DNA of 64,000 nucleotides from Chrysomallon squamiferum. Lineage: Eukaryota; Animalia; Mollusca. The translations under genes and the position numbers were made by a program. The notes below the pieces were generated by a model. That model was not told the DNA's origin, did not search any database, and worked only from the letters and a program-made list of their open reading frames with translations. Shown one piece after another: positions 36,586 through 51,682 of this stretch. Every line of letters starts with the position of its first letter. Within the stretch, counting starts at the first letter, position 1. The stretch lies in contig CM022670.1 of NCBI GenBank assembly GCA_012295275.1, positions 38,998,001 to 39,062,000 of the forward strand. The letters run 5' to 3'.

Positions 36586-39500
36586 TAGATAAATTTATAG
36601 ACAAAAACATACACACATACATACAAACATGTACATGCACATTATCAGACATAAAATATATAAAGAGATAAACACAGAAACATGGAAAAAAACACACACA
36701 CATATTTATATAAATATATATATACAGATAGATAGATAGACAGACATATATATATATATATATATAAATACACATCTAAATATATATCAAAAGATATATA
36801 TATATATATATATATATAAATACACATCTAAATATATATCAAAAGATATATATATGTGCATGTGAATATACATATAAAGAGAGATTTTTCTGTCCTAAGT
36901 GAAATACAAAACTAGAAAGTTATAAAGGATGGTAACGTGCAGCATGAAAAAAAAAAATAAAATAAAAAAAGAATTCTTCAAAAACATGTGACTCGAGAGA
37001 ATCCAGAAATAAATCCAGAAATGAGAATGTCAGTGTAAACTTGTGGGAGTGCGTGGGTATGTGTATTTCCTAACCGTGTGAGACAGTACACATCTCAATG
37101 CAGTATGATGAGAATATATTTTAATTACGGAATATGCCGAGTTAATCTGATGAAAAGAACGGGAAGAGATTCAATGTTTAACGAATGGTATCGTAAATTG
37201 TCGAACAGTCGCTGGCTGTAATGAATATCAATTAATATTCGTAATGTTCCAACAGTAGAAAAGTATAATGTTGAAGTTGGGTGTGCGTATGTGTGTGTGT
37301 ATGTATGTGTGTGTGTGAGTGTGTAATAACTGATACACACTGACTGTTTCAATGTAGAACGTGATACATGAAATATAACAATGTACATAAATGTTACTTT
37401 ACACGTGTACACAGAGCAATGCACGTGTGCATGTAATATAATGGTATATTTAATGGCAATACAGAGAAAATGATACACGTAACATAACAACGTATTTAAA
37501 GTTTTCATTTCTAGAACGTCGGTCTAGAAACTGATACAACAGGAAGGTGTATTTTTACAAGTAATGTTAATATAAAAAAATGATACATGCAATGTAACGG
37601 GGGTTTCCATAGTAACATTACAAGTACACGTATATATATATATATATATCAATGTAGAAGCCGATACCAATTATACAAAGGTGTTTATATTTGTATACTT
37701 TTTCAAGAAACAACGAAACAGAAGGAAACAAAACATCACGGTTTTTGTGGTTCTAAATAAGAAATAACTCGTTCGAGGAAAATGCCAGGAATCTGGAGCA
37801 AGCAGAAGATGGTCGTATTTTCTGACTTTTACAGTTCTCTCTGTGCGTTGTGGGGGGGCACGTGATGCCTGTTTCTTTTTTTTTTTTTTGTCATCACTGT
37901 GTGTGTGAAAACCACTACACACCTGTGTGTGTGTGTGTGTAGATACACACTACACATCTGTGTGCTAAGGAAAAGGTGCGGCAGAAATCATCTTGACATC
38001 ACGTGTACATGTTATATAACTGTTAGCACCAGTACTGTGATGCTTTTTTGTTTTTCTTTTTTTATTTTTCCGTTTCTTTTTCTTTCTTTCTTTCTTTCCT
38101 TCTTATTTTGTTTCCCCCAGTAGATTTTTTTTTTGGCACTTTTTTCTTATGTTTCTTTTTTTCGGTATATTCTTATTAATTTTTATTATCTTTTTAAAAT
38201 TTTATTTATTTACTTATTTATTTACTTTTAATTAATTTTTTAATTTGTTTTTTAATTTTTTATTTTATTTTAAAAATAATTATAACTGTTGTTGTTATGG
38301 CGTAACGAAGAAAATAATATTGATTATTATAAAAACTCAACTGGTTTTTTGGGGGGGTTTGTTTGTTTTCTTTCTTTTTTTTTTTTTTTTTTCTTATTAT
38401 TATTATTTTTTTTTTTATATCTTCTATTTTGGATACAAGTATTTCTGCTAATCTAATTAACACGTCTGTGGAAAATAGCATCAAATCGAAAACGCTAACA
38501 TGGCAATGAATGTAGTATTCAAAAACAATCTGCCGTGGGAAGAGTTATTTCCCTTGACTCACTCGTTAATGCACAGAAATTTCGAAAGCGCGGCAGAAGA
38601 TAGGAACAAATTATTTAGGGCTTTGATAAGAGTAATTTGTAAAGATAAGTTGTCAGATATGGAGAAAATAATGTGCTATTTTACATACGAAATATAAATA
38701 AATAAATAAATAAATAACAGCAAAAGAAAAAGCCCGACAGTAACAACAATAACAACAACATGAACACCAACACCACCATCACCAAAATAAACAACAGCAA
38801 CAACAACAACTACTACTACTACTTGACGTACAACAATAACAACAACAAAATAATAATAACAACAACAATAATAACAATAATAATAATAATAATAATTTCA
38901 ACGACGACAACAACTGCTACAACAACAGCAGTATTAACGATAATGCATACCCTGATTGTTCTATAACGACTATGGTTCCATAAAGGAAGATTTTAAGAAG
39001 TTATTCTATGTAAAGTTAATTTATTTTTTTACTCGTTCTTCCATCCTATTGTTAGCAGACGTAAGCTATTTTCATTTTCTGAAAACTGTATCACTGTATT
39101 ACACTGCAGCTGTATATAACCCTTATTTAGAAGGTGATATTTAGATAAACATAACATATTTTCACGTAAAAGAAGGAAGAGATATATAAAAAGAAATATA
39201 AAGTTAAATAAACTGAACCTTTGTTGCTGAGAAGAATCAGTCAGAATACATTTTATACATTTGCAAGGCGCAGTTTCGTTTGTTTGTACAAAACCTGTGT
39301 TTTATAATAATAAAGTAAAATAATAATAATGAACAAGTCTTTTTATGCCTGTATCTCTCAAATGACTGACATCATTGTATTCACGGTAATTTGAAAAATA
39401 AAATAAAATAAAATAAAATTCTCTGATAAAATACAATAAGTAGTTTATCAGCCGTTGTTTTGTGTGTTATCTCTTTGTGTGTTTGCGTTTGAGTGTCTGT

Positions 39501-39814
39501 TATTGTTTCCGTATGTGTTTGTATTCGTGTTCCAGATGTCTCTGTACTTTCAATTTATTTATTTATTTATTTATTTATTTATAATTTTTACTTTATTTTT
39601 GATATTTGTGTGTGCGTATATGTGTATGATGTGTGTTGGGTTTTTTTGTTTGTTTTTGATTTTTTTGATTTTTGCATTAAATACTAGTTGTGAATTTTTT
39701 TTCTTCTAAAACTGATTATGAAAAACTAATAATTATATTATCACTTAGAATCACGTCGATAAGAAATGTATTCTGTCAGTTCGTATCATTATTTGTACAC
39801 TGTAATTAAAATAT

Positions 39815-39921
<107 letters not shown>

Positions 39922-40885
39922 GATTATTATTATTATTTATTAAATTTTTTTGTTTTGGATGAAGTGAGTAATCGAGGACAAACATTTATTTTTTATTAAT
40001 ATTTTCTTTACAACTCTTATTTAAACGATTCGGACTCTTAACTTGCATTCTTAATTACATCAAGAAGATATTTCCTCGGATATGAATTAATTAACGTTTT
40101 TTTCTTCACATCATCTCACAAGAATGTCATGTTAATCATGAACGAATCAATCACAGACCATCACCTTCAAGATTTATTAACTGACGTTTTTTTTTTTTTT
40201 TGCACACGATACCGAAAACCCCCCACAAACACACCCACCCAACCAACCAACCAGCCGAACTTCTAGGAGCTCTGTTAACACGGGGAAAATACGATCCACC
40301 TCTGTGAATGTGGGTGGAAACCCGATACTCCTAGCTGACATATTTGACGTGACAGTCAAGCAATAGGCGGACATGATTGAGGTCTCCAAAAAAAATCGTT
40401 GGACTTCAGGCCCGATTAGTTCACATCACGTGACGACTCGTGATCTCCACTCAGATACGTTTTAAAAACTTTGTCGTTACACTTCGCCGTACTTCGATGT
40501 TCAGCATAGATAATTTTACTGTAATATTCTATTATGTAATTAGATTTAGCAGCTTGTAAGCGCGAAAATCTTTTATAAATCTTTTGTCGGGGAAAAAATG
40601 ATCAAATTTCTTTACAAATCTTTTGAAGAAAAAAAAATATATATATATTATTTTATAAATCGTTTGTAGACCAGTGAACAAATTCGTTGTAATTTTTTTT
40701 ATAGACAAATGAACAAATTCGTTATAAATTTTTTGTAGACAGCTGTATACATTTCTTGCTAAATGTTTTATAGTCAAATAAACAATTCCTTTAGAAATAT
40801 ATTAAACCGTAAATAACGGTGTTTCATAATATTTGCTGTAATAAAATTAAGTAAAAGATGTTGTTTCGAAAGTATAAAGATACAC

Positions 40886-40978
<93 letters not shown>

Positions 40979-40994
40979 TCTTTATAATATGTTT

Positions 40995-41225
40995 CATTTT
41001 ACTTCCTCAAAACCAGACCCTAGTTATTTTCATTACGATAAAAAATTTCAATAATTCACTCTGAAGCTGTTCCTGTACCCGCCGTGGCTCTTTCTGTTGT
41101 CGTCGTTTCAGCACTGTACATTACAATAACGATATTTATTTTAGAAAGAAGAAGAACAACAAGAACAAGACAAGACACAGAACAAACTAAGTGAAACAAG
41201 TGCTTACAGTTACACGCAGAACACA
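40995..41225 (+). repeat. Dispersed direct repeat, copy A (about 230 bp)
   Basis: Aligns by eye with 52871-53096 (CATTTTACTTCCTCAAAACCAGACC...GCTGTTCCTGTACCCG...GGCTCTTTCTGTTGTCGTCGTTTCAGC...ACACGCAGAACACA). Confidence 0.9.
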
Positions 41226-41511
41226 AACAATGTGTACGCGGATGAAAATATTATTAACATCAGACGCTGATAAACAAGAACGTCCACGAATACATGTGAG
41301 GCTCGTTCTGTTCTGCTACACTTAATAACTCGCAGCCTGTCCCAGGAAGCAGAACGTTACTCCAGTCACTCGAGTTTAACCTCACATCAGCGTGGGTACC
41401 TGAGATGGCGCTTCCTATACTGTTTTCTTTAGTTACCTTTCTCGTACTAAGAGTGGACTTCGTTTAATTTTTGTCTACACGTGTGCTTGTTTGACTGTAT
41501 GTGCGTGTATT

Positions 41512-41542
<31 letters not shown>

Positions 41543-41609
41543 AGTTGTAAATGTGTATGTGTGTGTGTGTATATATATATATATGTAAATGTACATATGT
41601 TTGTATGTA

Positions 41610-41658
<49 letters not shown>

Positions 41659-42401
41659 GTGTATGTTTGTATATATGTTTTTATCTCTGTATGTATCTGT
41701 ATGTATGTGTGTGTATGTGTGTATGTGCGTATGTGTGTGTGTTGTGTGTGTGTGTGTTTGTGCGTGTGTGTGTGTGTTTGTGCGTGTGTGTGTGTGTGTG
41801 TGTGTAGAAAACATTTGACAGAGAGAGGAGGTGAAAATAAAAAGAACGATTAGAAACAAGAAACAGTCAGACGAACGGATGATTAGACACTCACGGAACT
41901 TTTCTTCATGCAGTGTGATTACGTAATTCATCAAATAAAAAAAATTAAAAATTATAATTTCATCGCGTCTTAGCTAGGTCCACTACAACCGCCACATACA
42001 AAACAAACCCCGCAGCGTTTTTTTTAATTATTATTTTTATTATTATTTTTTTTATCTAAGGTGAAGGACCGGTTAGGTCTAAAATACGGCCGCTTGTGTT
42101 AGCGATATTGAGTAGCGTGTTCTTGTTCCAGACGAATTAGTGTTACTACAAGCAGACGTCTTCTGGTTTACACAAAGCAGAGACCAACGACCGTGCTGCG
42201 CGCGTGCAAGGGGGCGTTGTGTTACAATGCGAATGTGATGCACGTGCAGGAGAATCGTCAAAATCGCAAATAGCAGACACGGCGGCCGCCATTACAGATT
42301 TCCAGCGATCGCGATTCTTAATTGAAACATCGTGATGTTTCCTTTCTGTTTGATGTTTGTGTATTGGGAAAGTATCTCTGTGTGTGTCTGTTATTGTTTC
42401 C

Positions 42402-42450
<49 letters not shown>

Positions 42451-44574
42451 ATTCAGTGTGTGTGTTGTTGCGTTCGAGAATGTCTCTATATTGTCAAAGA
42501 GTATGAACGCGCATTTCATAAACTTATAAAATGTATTTTTTGATTTGAACTTACTTTCAATAAATTATTTATAATTTATATTTTATTTTTGATATTGTCT
42601 TTCAAATGTAATGCCTATTTTATTAATTTTAATACTATCATCATCATCATGATTTATCTATCTATCTATGTGTGTATGTACATATGCATTTATTTATTTA
42701 TTTATCTTTTTCCATTTATTCACAAAACTCAGATTTACGTGTTTCATTCCAAGTTGAATCATTATGTTATCTGTGATAGCAAATGATCTCGTCAGACTCA
42801 ACTTCTGTTACTCTGATTAGGCTATTGTTTCCTAACGCAAACAAAAAGTTTTCACGTGTTTTATTTGATAACACTGTACATCATGAAAAATGAGAATTTA
42901 AATCCACGTTTCGGATGAACCACTTTCTAGAGATAATAAAAAAGAGGTATGGAGTGAAATTAACTTTAAACCCCCCCAACCCCCAAAAAAAAAAAAAAAA
43001 AAAAAATAAATAAATAAATAAATTCACAAGAAAAAGTGTTTATTCAGACCAGTTTTGTGCTTGTCATCATTAAAATGTTGAATCCTATTTCGTTTATTTA
43101 TATTATTATCATTAAAATATAATCGCGCATTGTGAATACCGTAACAAAAGTTGAATTTTATTTTATTTTTATTATTATTATTTGTATTTCTTTGTTTAAA
43201 TAACTATCTGTATTGTACAAATCTTTTTAAAAGGCAGCTTTCTTTCACTTCTTATTAATAACTAAATACATTTTACTTTTCCAGATAAATATAATCTTTA
43301 TTTTACAAAGAATAATAAAATCGAGTAATAACGAAAACAATAAACGATAATAAAAAAAAAAAAAATAAAAAAAAAAAAAAAATTGGGATGGATAATGAAG
43401 CTTTATCTACTGTGAAGAGAAAAGGATAAAACGAAAATTTAAAATTATTTTTAAAGTGTAATACTGCTCCATCTCCTGCAAGTATATCACTTGTGATTTT
43501 TTTTTTTTTTTTTTTTGTATGTTTGTATGTGCGTTTGTGTGTGCGTGTGCGCGCGCTTTTGTAAATCGCATCTTGCCGATTATAAAAACAAAGATCGCAC
43601 TCACCATTTCATACTCGTCTTTTTATAAATAAATAAATAAATAAATAAACAAATAAATAAACAGAACATAAAAGATGTAAATATTGCTGTTATTAGACAG
43701 CTGGTGCTAAGTACTACTGTACACGTATTTTACGATTACTGCTACTGTTACTGTTGATGCTGCTTGTACTATCACTGTCGTGAGGCTATTTAGGCTGAAG
43801 TGTAGTATATGTCTATATTGTTGATGTTTTTGTTTGTTTTTTGTGGGGTTTTTGGGGGGAGGGGTTGTGGTTCTGTTATCTGTTGTAGTGGGGTGAAAGA
43901 TAGAAGTTTCTGAGGGGGGCCCGGCCATGAATAAATACGGTCGTGATTACTACTACTACTACCACTACAGCTGTTACTGCAATTATCGCTACTTTTACAA
44001 CCACTGCCGCTTTCACTGTTACTACTATTATCGCTACCATTTCTAATAAAAGTACAATCTGACTAGGTTCACTACAACTACTATTAATTTATTACTATTC
44101 CAATAAAAATTGCTATCACTGTTGCTTCTTCTACTACTACTACTGCAGATTGAAATAAATTTTATAAAAAGGTCGATAATTACTAAATTATTAATTTGTT
44201 ATAAAAAATCATTTTGGTGCTGCTACTAATTGCTTTTTTCGCTACTTTACTTGCAGATTCAATTACATTTTAGACTAAATTATTAATTTGATTATAAAGA
44301 AATGAACAGTTTGGGATGCGGCTACTATTATTGCTTTTATTTTTTTGTTGTGGAATTTTATTTATTGATTGATTTATTTTTTATTCAGTTGTTTTTTATG
44401 TCCCAATTGATTGTATTTTTATATTATTTAAATTTATTTGTTTTTTTATTTGTTTTTTAGTTTATTTAAATTAATTTATGTTTACATTTTATTTGTTGTG
44501 GAATTAATTTTTATAGAAATATATACTTTTATTTCATTTATTTGTTTAATGTCCCAATTGATTTATTCTTTATT

Positions 44575-44605
<31 letters not shown>

Positions 44606-44893
44606 TTTTATTTCTCTCTCTCTCTAACTCTCTCACTCTCTCTCTCTCTCTCTCTCTCTAACTCTCTCACTCTCTAACTCTCTCTCTCTCTCTCTCTCTT
44701 ATCAAGTCTCAATACGACGTGACTAAAACGTTGAGCAGTTTTATTTGACTTGATCTGTTTAAAATGAAGACAAAAACGAGAAGAGAAAACTCAGATCTGA
44801 GAAGAGAGTGCGGCGAAGCGTCTAACGTCCAACTGGTTCACTGGAAATGTGTTGTTTGTTAATCTGGCTAGGCGCCTGCACACACACACTCAC

Positions 44894-44968
<75 letters not shown>

Positions 44969-45210
44969 GTTGCTCATTGCTCTACATGGGGTTTTATCGT
45001 ATCTTTCTCCGTTATTTCACTCTTATTATCGAGCACGTTCAACATCGCCGTAAATATTTATCTCACCAAGCAGCTATTTTTCTTCGACTCTTTCTCTGTA
45101 TTCAAAAGCTATTGTGTGTCTGTCTGTCTGTCTGTCTACGTTCCTAAGAAAGACTGAACTGGGTGTAATAGTTTTTATTCTTTCTTAAATAATATTTTTA
45201 TTTTCATTTT

Positions 45211-45242
<32 letters not shown>

Positions 45243-45605
45243 CAATTTAACATATTTTATTTTAAAATTCAAACATAGATGTATTTTGAATTTTAAAATA
45301 AATAAATAGATTTAAAAAAAAAAATTAATTGTAGATGTTAATAATGTTAAAGTATATTTTTTGGTTTTAAGACTTGATAGCCAAAATGCACTGTGTATAT
45401 TTCCAAATGAATTTTGTAATTGTCATGGCTACCAAACCATTGCTAATGATAAAGTTTTTAACAGTAATGTATTAAGACCGTGATTCAAGCATGATATAAA
45501 CTGAGGATATAATTAGTAACGTTCGGTTGATTTAGAACTGATCAAGACAGGTTTTTAACTATTTTTTATTTTATTTTATTTTATTTTATTTTATTTTATT
45601 TTATT

Positions 45606-45648
<43 letters not shown>

Positions 45649-46200
45649 TGTATTTATATATTTTATTTATTTATATATTTATTTATTTAATATTTATTGT
45701 TTAGTTGTTGTTGTTGTTGTTGTTGTTTTGCTTTGTATTTATATGTATGAAACATAGTTACGAGCGAAGTTGAAACTAGTTTTCGGGATGTCTTTCGCTT
45801 TATTTTATTTATTTTATTTATTTATTTATTTATTTATCTCGTTTGAAAACCATAACCACATTTCAGTAATGACTTTTCTCATTACAAAGTGTATATAATT
45901 TAAATATTGTAATAGCTAGAATGGAAATATTATTAGCAATTATGTGATAAACAGTAATAACATGTTGATAAAAAGTTAAATACATGGAAATGAAAATCAG
46001 TCAAATATCTAAATAAGAAATGCTTAAATGGACAAATTATTTCAATAAAAATAGTTAATTACATTTTTATACTTGTATTTTCAAATCAAACTACATAAAA
46101 ATTAAAAATTTGTGAAAGTTTTTTGAATTGTTAGAATACCTGAACTGAAAATTGTCAAATAATGCTGTCGAATAATCAAAATAATATACAGCTACTGTAA

Positions 46201-46251
<51 letters not shown>

Positions 46252-46927
46252 TAGATAGATAGATAATAGATGTAGGTATATAATAATTATACTTATACAG
46301 ACATTTACATAAGAGGACATTAAAAATGTGTTAAATACATGAAGAATATTCTAACTGATATTTTTACCGCTTTACAATGTTTCCGTTAACACGTTTTTCG
46401 AGTTAACATTGTGAATGAATTTTCAGTTTTATTCAGAACGGAATGAATTTCACATTTAATACTTGCCAAGTCCGAATAATAAAATTTAAAAAATTAAACA
46501 ATTATCAAATTTTTCCGCGGTCGAATTTTCCGTTTGAAGATAAAACAGTAAAGCAGTGTGTGAAAGAGATTTTTTAGATATTACTGGCTGAACATTGTAA
46601 AAGAAATACACTGGACTGTATACATTCTAAATATAAAAACTTAGAATTCAAGGTGAATATGAGAGTGTAGATCAAGAAAAATTAATAAAAATGTATAAGT
46701 TAAATTTCAAAATATTGTAGAAGAAAAAGAATCGTGATGATTTTTGATACAGATTAAACAGTTCTATTTTAGAAGAGTTCTCCTACATAAACTTTTCCTC
46801 TGTTTTTTTCTTTCTTTCTACGAAGACTGACTACAAAAAATTGTAAGACAAAATAAAATTTTTAACGAAGGAGGAATGATGAAGAGATGTTTTAGAGGTG
46901 AATAATAATAAAAAGAAAAACATTTAT

Positions 46928-46978
<51 letters not shown>

Positions 46979-47094
46979 TTATATTTATATATATATTATT
47001 TTATTTTATTTGTTTGTTTTATTTTTTTTAATTTCATTTTATTTTATTTTATTTTATTTTATTTTATTTCATTTTATTTTATTTTATTTTATTT

Positions 47095-47125
<31 letters not shown>

Positions 47126-49279
47126 TTATGTTTTGCTTCCTTTTAATGTTACATTAATAGTTAAAACAGCAATAAAAAAAAATAATAATAAAATAAAGAA
47201 TATCGAAAAAAATATAAAAAGATCTTTCCACGATTTACGTTATTTTACATACTAGTATATATATATATATATATGTTTGATTAATACGGCTTCATTTAAC
47301 CCGGTATTTTGAGGCGTGTATCCATGCCAGCTGTGCAAAGCGAGAGATTACAGTAATCATTTTATACTGACAGAACTGTAATCACTGGAAATAAAAATCA
47401 CTCAAGTATCAAAATAATATATATACCGTTATATAACTGGAAATAAAAACACGCAAATATCTGATTAATAATAAACAGTTAAATAATAGGATAATATAAT
47501 CATAGATAGTTATCAGTTCTAATGAATAATATATTCACAAAAATCACATAACAGGGAAATATAAAAACTAGTCAAATATCCAAGAAACAGTAAACTTACT
47601 AAAAGAGTTATGTAACAGAACGTTTAAAACAGCTAAGTAACTAAATAATATATACTCAAGGACTGTTACGTCACACTAAATCCATTATCTACGCTATGCC
47701 TGTTATATTTACAGCGTTACGCAATGGAAAATAAAAACAGTCAAACATCTAAATAATGGAGATGGGAAGACATTAAGTCGTGACTCGACAGAGGTTTGTT
47801 TGTTGGTGGAAAGAACTGGAAGTTGTACAAACCCGTCTGGGTGTGCGCTGAAAACGTCGCACGCTGAATTCCTCTGTTGACTGCGTTGTGTTGAGTCAGG
47901 CAGACAGACGTAGACTTACACTCGTTAATGAAACAATACACAGAAAAGAATCTGTATGTGTGTGTGTGTGTGTGTGTAGTGACAGACAGACGTGTTACAC
48001 TCGTTAATGAAACACCAGTACACAGAAATGAGTGTGTGTGTATGTGTGTGTGTGTGCGTGTGTATGTATGTGTGTGTGTATGTATGTATGTATGTATGTA
48101 TGTATATATGTATGCATGTATATATGTATGTACGTATGTATGTATATATATATATATGTATCTATGTATGTATGTATGTACGTGTGTATGTATATATATG
48201 TATGTATCTGTATATAAATATGTATGTATGTATATACATGCATATGCCATAACACACACACATACACACACACGCACACACACATATACGTGTGTGTATG
48301 TATGTATATGTGTATGTACGTGTATATGATATGTATCTGTATCATATCGTATCCAATATTCCGATATTAAACTCTAATCTAGTTTTATGAAGAGACGGAG
48401 AATTACCTTTCCGAAATGCTTATGTATGAATTATTAGTCAGACTTTTCGGATTCGGGAATGTAAGGACACAAAGAATGTTACGATCGAAATCTAAATAAT
48501 CAATTCATGTTTCATATACAATTTAAATTCATAGTCTGCATTCATTTTTAAATAATGTTTTTAATAATTTTGTGCATAAAATAAAGTTTACATGTTCTTG
48601 AAAACCATCGGAAAAGTGTAAGATATCACTGATATCGGATGACCGAAAAGATTTTCGGATTTCAGAGGTTGAAATATTTCACATTATATCTGTGTGTGTG
48701 TGTGTGTGTGTGTCTGTACATGTACTTAACATATCAGACATTCCGGTATTCAACATATTTTGATATTTAAGATATCGCAATTTCGGATTTCAGTTCTTTT
48801 TAGATTTCGGAATTTCGTTATTCCATATATTTACACACGAACTGTATTCTTTTTGTAGTCCAATAAATTATCATACTCTAATATTTTATATATGCTTTAT
48901 ATTAAACACATCAGTCTAAATATCTTGATTTTATACACTTAACTTTTTCATATTCCGATACAACACACTAACTCTTAAGAAAGTGTCATATAACAATGTA
49001 ATCATTATTATACATTAACCATTACGTACATTTCGATTTCATACGTTAACCGTTTAACAAGTTTCTATATAATAATAATAATAATAATAATAATGATGAT
49101 GATGATGATAAATTATAAATTAACCGTTCAGTATATTCCGAAATGATAAATTAACACTTACATAGTAATTCGATATTATAATACATTAGCTAATCAAACA
49201 CATTTATTTATCAAAATATTAAATAAATGTTATAAAAATTAAAAAAAAAAATATTTATTATTATTATTATTTTATTATT

Positions 49280-49329
<50 letters not shown>

Positions 49330-49335
49330 TCTTTA

Positions 49336-49372
<37 letters not shown>

Positions 49373-49551
49373 TTATTATTTTATCTGTATCTGCCTTCTG
49401 CATAATTTCCAGGGTTTAAGATAAGAGAGACGCCATATTTTAAGTTCGCTAATTTTCAAAAATGATTTTGATCACAAAGAAAACAAAAACATCCATCTCG
49501 ATGGAAACAGGGGTAAGATAGTTAGGTTAGTGTGCGCAACAGGCCCCACAG

Positions 49552-49609
<58 letters not shown>

Positions 49610-50406
49610 AATCCGAATCTTTAACAAGTGTTTTAATTACACAAACGGCCATGTGTGTGTTTCTGCGTGGCTTTGAAATGAGTCACGTACCTCAAAGTGT
49701 CTGATGCTGCTGCGATTACTTAGCGAAAAAAACAAGTGGTTGGAAAATTATTTCCTCATGTCCTCGTATCAGCTGACGGTGGCAAAAAAAGAGAAGAAGA
49801 AGAAGAAGAAGAAAAAAACTGCAGGAAAAGTATATTTTCTTTGTCTTTATTCTCATAACATAATAAATATAAAGATGTGTGTGTCCCCAGACGTCCGTGT
49901 GTGCGTGTTGTGCGTAGATTTACGAAATCGTATATAGTGCGAGTCTGTGAATGTATTTTGTATTATTATGAATGGGTAATGTTTTGCGTTAATTGTTTTA
50001 TTTTTGCTTTAATTTGAATTTTAATTATAATTTTTTTCATTTATTTTATTTTATTTATTTATTTTATTTTATTTTGTATTTATTTTTTTAATTTTAATTT
50101 TTCATTTTTTTTTTTTTTTTTTTTTTTTGCCTACGTTCTCGGGACTATAATTATAAGCACATTACAGGGCAAAGGGTTTAACTTCGAGTGATGATTCTGA
50201 ATGAATGAATGAATGTTTGTTTAACGACACCCAACACGATAAACATTATCAGCTAATGGGTGTCAAACCAAAGGTAACAGAGTAATCGTTCTTGATTACA
50301 TTAAAAATTACCTAAATTAGACATAGATAGTCAGAGAGATAGAGATAGAGAGAATGGATGGATGGATAGATCCCACCAATTGACATCCTTGCCAATTTCC
50401 CCCAAA

Positions 50407-50446
<40 letters not shown>

Positions 50447-51631
50447 TTTTCAGAACTCAAACTTTAAATAACGTTTAGCAAATTAAAGATCTTTCGAGCG
50501 AACGAGCAAATTTTTTGAAATATTTATGTTCTGATCCCTTCGCACTGTTCTTCCTTTAAACAGATTCGCGAAACCCTTTTTTTCTATTCCTTTCCACTGT
50601 TTCTGAGTTCCCTGTCTCAGGCAGCCTCGTGTTCAATCCGTCCACGATGCAGACGATACAAAGCAAGCTACAGGCACGTGAAAGGCGTGCAATCTGCCTC
50701 GATCTCGGGAGACATGTGGTCAAGCCGACGATCTCGAGAGGTTAGTCGGTGAAGCGTGTCGCAGATAGAGGGGAGACTAGTAGTTCCTGTTCACACCATG
50801 TCTGGTACGTCTTCACACCGCTGTTCACGAGGCCATAACAACAACAGCAGCCGCTGTACTGCGGGGAAAACGATCGCACGTGTTTCAATTGTTAAATGAT
50901 GTAACGTCGTCACGTGTTAATTCACTGGCAGTACAGAAATTATTGGTAGTCTGTCCTGTCCTGTTACGAAAAAAGCGTGGATTTCTTTCAAGAGGATGGG
51001 GTATTCGTTGATGTACACAGATATAAATGAACATCTACGTCTATTCATGTAGTCATTTTCAACGTACATAATACAGTCATTCTCAACGTAAATGCACATA
51101 TACGTGCATTCATAGTCATTCTCAACGTACGTACATTATATACGTACAGTCATTATAAACGTATATGCATACGCCCGTTCATTCATAGATAGATATATAT
51201 ATATATATACATACATACATAGTCATACACATAAATATTCAGATAAATACAAAATCGCAAAGACAGTCAGAAACATACACACAAATAGTCAGGTCTACAA
51301 CAGACAAGAAACGAGTGCAGTACAGAACACCTGGAAAAACTAGCAGGGGTAACACAATTCCTACCATCACGCGAAATGTACCTACAAGACTGCGCTTGTT
51401 ACTCACTGAAATCAAGCGATACATTAATGTTTTAACCCAAATGAAAAGTGGCTCGTAATAGCAGATAGATAGCGGTGCTCTGCTGACTATTCTGGTCCGC
51501 CTGCGAGTGATTCCCTTTAATGGCTTATCTTCGAACAGATCGTTATCTGGAAGCCGGCAGATGTGTGAGCACATCAGCCACAGCTGGGCAGAATAAAGAT
51601 AATATAAAATGTGATGTATCACTTTTCGTGT

Positions 51632-51682
<51 letters not shown>

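Noticed and set aside
49691-49760. Alternative first exon with the same GAG|gtacgt donor as exon 1
   Set aside because: The only in-frame ATG is followed by TAA after three codons; it could at most be non-coding.
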